From the NCBI GenBank assembly GCA_964188305.1, contig OZ076888.1: DNA of 64,000 nucleotides, one strand, 5' to 3'. This DNA comes from Podarcis bocagei. Its lineage: Eukaryota. A program made the position numbers and the translations under genes. This document shows, piece by piece, positions 61,441 to 64,000 of this stretch. A model generated the notes under the pieces. That model did no database searches. It saw only the letters and a program-made list of their open reading frames with translations, and was not told the DNA's origin. Numbering within the stretch: position 1 is the stretch's first letter; each line of letters opens with the position of its first letter.

Positions 61441-62468
61441 CTGTTAAAACGACATTATTTTTCTTTTTATAAAATGAAACAAATGATATTAAAAAGAGCT
61501 ATGCCCTGCTACTTTGTGACATGCAGGGAAATGTAGAGAAGCTGAAATGAAATCAGCATTAATATCTGAATTCAAGTTTTGATTGTTGCTTCAAATTTAA
61601 CATTTTCAATGAACTGTGGCAATAACCAGATGAGTTGGTCTGAAACAGCATCAGTTTAAGGGCAAGTTTAAAAAAATAAGAATGTGGGGATCAAACACTG
61701 AGTTCTACTATGGCAAACCACTCCCAGATTTGATTTAAAATGAAGTCTAGTATCATATATTAAATTTTCAGTATTTGAGTTCTACAGTTCTGCCTACTCC
61801 CCTGCAGAGACCAATCTGTCCTTAGTGAAGGAATCTGTCAGTAATCGCTCTTTTTCCCCATCTCGTCTTCCAATGAGTATCATCTAATACAAAGGCAATC
61901 TAAGTGCCTTACTGCAAATTGCTGCAAGTCAACTTGAAGGTACCTCTCATTGTGCTTCTGATGTTCAGACTTGACAAAACAGATCAAGTTGCATAATACG
62001 GGTGCAGCAACTGATCACAGTGGGAAGCAGAGAAAATGAACAAGGTGTTCTGTGGTAACAGCTGATATTCTCCTCCCCACTAATTTTAAGCACCCTACCT
62101 GCAAAATCCAAATTTCTCTTCTCTTTTTCAGTGCACTTATATATAACTAGCACTCCAATAATATAAGAATTTCTGAACTCTTTACATCTCAGATAGTACC
62201 ACAATTGTTAGGCAGGTGTGCCCAATGCTAATCTCTTCCTTAACAACAATTGTTGCTTGATATCAGACGCTAAACAATTCAGCATTTAGACTATTGATTC
62301 CCGCCCCCATTTCACATAATGATGGCATAATTAGAGCACCTGTACAGGTTTATTGTCCTGATTCCTAGTGGCCATGGAAGCTCCATTGCACACACATGCT
62401 CACACACAAAGAAAAGTTACTCCAAATAAGTTGTCATAGCACACAGGAACTGAGAATCGTAAACTCAC

Positions 62469-62486
62469 CTGGGGTGCCCATATCGC
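62469..62486 (-). CDS. COL17A1: COL17A1 microexon (18 nt)
   Basis: cttag|GC GAT ATG GGC ACC CCA G|gtgagt; GDMGTP. Confidence 0.8.
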
Positions 62487-63205
62487 CTAAGACAGAACAA
62501 AAGGGACAGAAATGCATTAGTTGTGGGATCAAAACAAGGCTTTGCTCATTTTATCAACCTCTCTCTAATTACTGTCACACATGGGGGTAGTTCTGGGAGA
62601 TCATAAAAGACAGTGTCAAGGCCATCTCTAGGTCAATCAGCTCTTCAGCTCAGCTGAACCAATTTACCCCTTACACCTTTCTCTGTATTTCTTTGGAATA
62701 ATTTTTTCCTGTGAATTCTATAAATTTTAAACAAATTGGCTTGTGTCTAATGCTGCCATTCATCTCATGCAGCAGACTTCCCCTAGCACAACAAAACTTT
62801 CCCATTCTCCCCTCTCCCCTGCAGCCCCTTAAAAATGAGCACCCTCAAAATCTGCTCGAGGTCGGGGGATTCTCTGGAACAGATTTTGTGCGGAGCACAG
62901 GGAGAGGAAGGGAAGGGGATGTCCCACTGCACTAGTAGAACATTGCTTACGTAGTGTTGTATGTAATCCATTTAAACCAGTTTGAAACTGGTTTGAAAGT
63001 GGTTTATCTATCATGGCTTCCCATGGAGAATCACAAGAAAGGTAGTACTTTAACTTTCTCATAGAACCCCATTCTGGGTTGAGAATCATAATTATCGGGG
63101 CAGACAAAACCCATCCTAAACACTTGTTCATTTCTATGACATGCATTGCTGAAAGTAAGAGAGATCCCTAATACATATCAAAACAGAGATGCAGCACACA
63201 GGTAC

Positions 63206-63235
63206 CTTTTTGTCCTGGTTCTCCTTGGAAATAAC
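63206..63235 (-). CDS. COL17A1: COL17A1 exon (30 nt), start of COL15
   Basis: GYFQGEPGQK. Confidence 0.88.
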
Positions 63236-63951
63236 CTGCAAAGGAAACAAAATGCTAGTCATATTTCTGTTGTGCAAATGACCCAAAACTACTTCTGGCT
63301 TAATATAACAACAGAAAGGCAGTGCAATTAAGTGGAATGTATGTGCAGTTTGGAAACCAGATGCATTTTGTCCTGGAACCCTTTCAGTTGGCTATGGATC
63401 TTCTTTAGACTACTTGCCCATTATCACAAAATTAGGCTGCATAGTGTCATCCAGTTTGAAATCTCTTAGAATTTTTAAAGCCAGGGAGTAAACATGGCAT
63501 CCTGGAGGTGTGCCAATGGCAGACTAATTTGCTCCTAATTTTCCCAGCATCATGTCGCTTGATACAGCAGCTTTCTCAAATATAAGGATCCTCAGTACTG
63601 GAGGAAAGGAATGAATGCTCCACCCTCTAGACATCTGGGTATGGCATTATTCCAGATAACCTCCAGAATTACACTTCATTCATGGATGAAGTGTATTCTA
63701 ATCCATTAAAACTTACACCAGAAAAAGTGTTAGTCTTTAATTTTAGTTTAGTTTAGTCTTTTGCTTTATACAAATATACAGATTGGTTTGGACTGACCTC
63801 AAGGTCCACATAATTCAATTATGCTCCATTCCCTCCCTCCAGTTTAATTGTGTTATAGGAAATTTAGGAGGGTAGCTAAAGAACACTACACATTTTCTGG
63901 CAAATACATTGCTTCATTTCCTGTCCTTGTGGAATTTTGTGGCCTCCTCAC

Positions 63952-64000
63952 CTTTGCTTCGTTCCACATCCAGCCTCTTCTTCATTAAAAACCACAATTG
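63952..64000 (-). CDS. COL17A1: COL17A1 NC16A exon, 3' part (runs off the window)
   Basis: QLWFLMKKRLDVERSK|gtgag, similar to the end of NC16A (LWMFVRKKL-like). Confidence 0.85.

Larger units (their letters stand above)
25920..64000 (-). other. COL17A1: COL17A1 gene (collagen XVII/BP180), ectodomain-coding part; 5' exons lie beyond the window
   Basis: 34 phase-1 Gly-X-Y/NC exons with GT-AG sites; diagnostic [31 protein letters not shown]-like segment and C-terminal GRRKRRSIGV*; synteny with SLK. Confidence 0.97.

Overview
Vertebrate genomic DNA, most likely a lacertid lizard (inferred from Sauria SINEs, a BovB tail, and CR1/L2 fragments). Two convergent genes fill the window. On the + strand is the 3' half of SLK (STE20-like kinase; stop at 18052-18054), including the known 93-nt alternative exon and a second in-frame 72-nt candidate exon. 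On the - strand is the 3' two-thirds of COL17A1 (collagen XVII/BP180; 34 exons from NC16A to the stop at 25920-25922). The most striking element is a very young 4012-bp Ty1/copia-derived LTR retroelement (50408-54419; 470-bp LTRs differing at 1 nt; 5-bp TSD ATTCC) nested in a CR1 tail inside a COL17A1 intron. Its single open 889-aa ORF keeps Gag and protease, but has an apparently dead integrase (D,D35E Glu to Val, no HHCC) and no RT/RNase H core, so it looks like a recently mobilised non-autonomous element that still codes. Other notable items: a 1.7-kb non-coding L1-like retroposon with a 21-bp TSD, a Tc2/mariner-type element filled with hairpin tandem repeats, a solo LTR with an open frame, a long inverted-repeat element, apparent exon losses and a Gly-rich expansion in COL17A1, and a 1-bp frameshift in one COL17A1 exon (probably an assembly error). 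Human exon numbers and sizes are quoted from memory and need checking.
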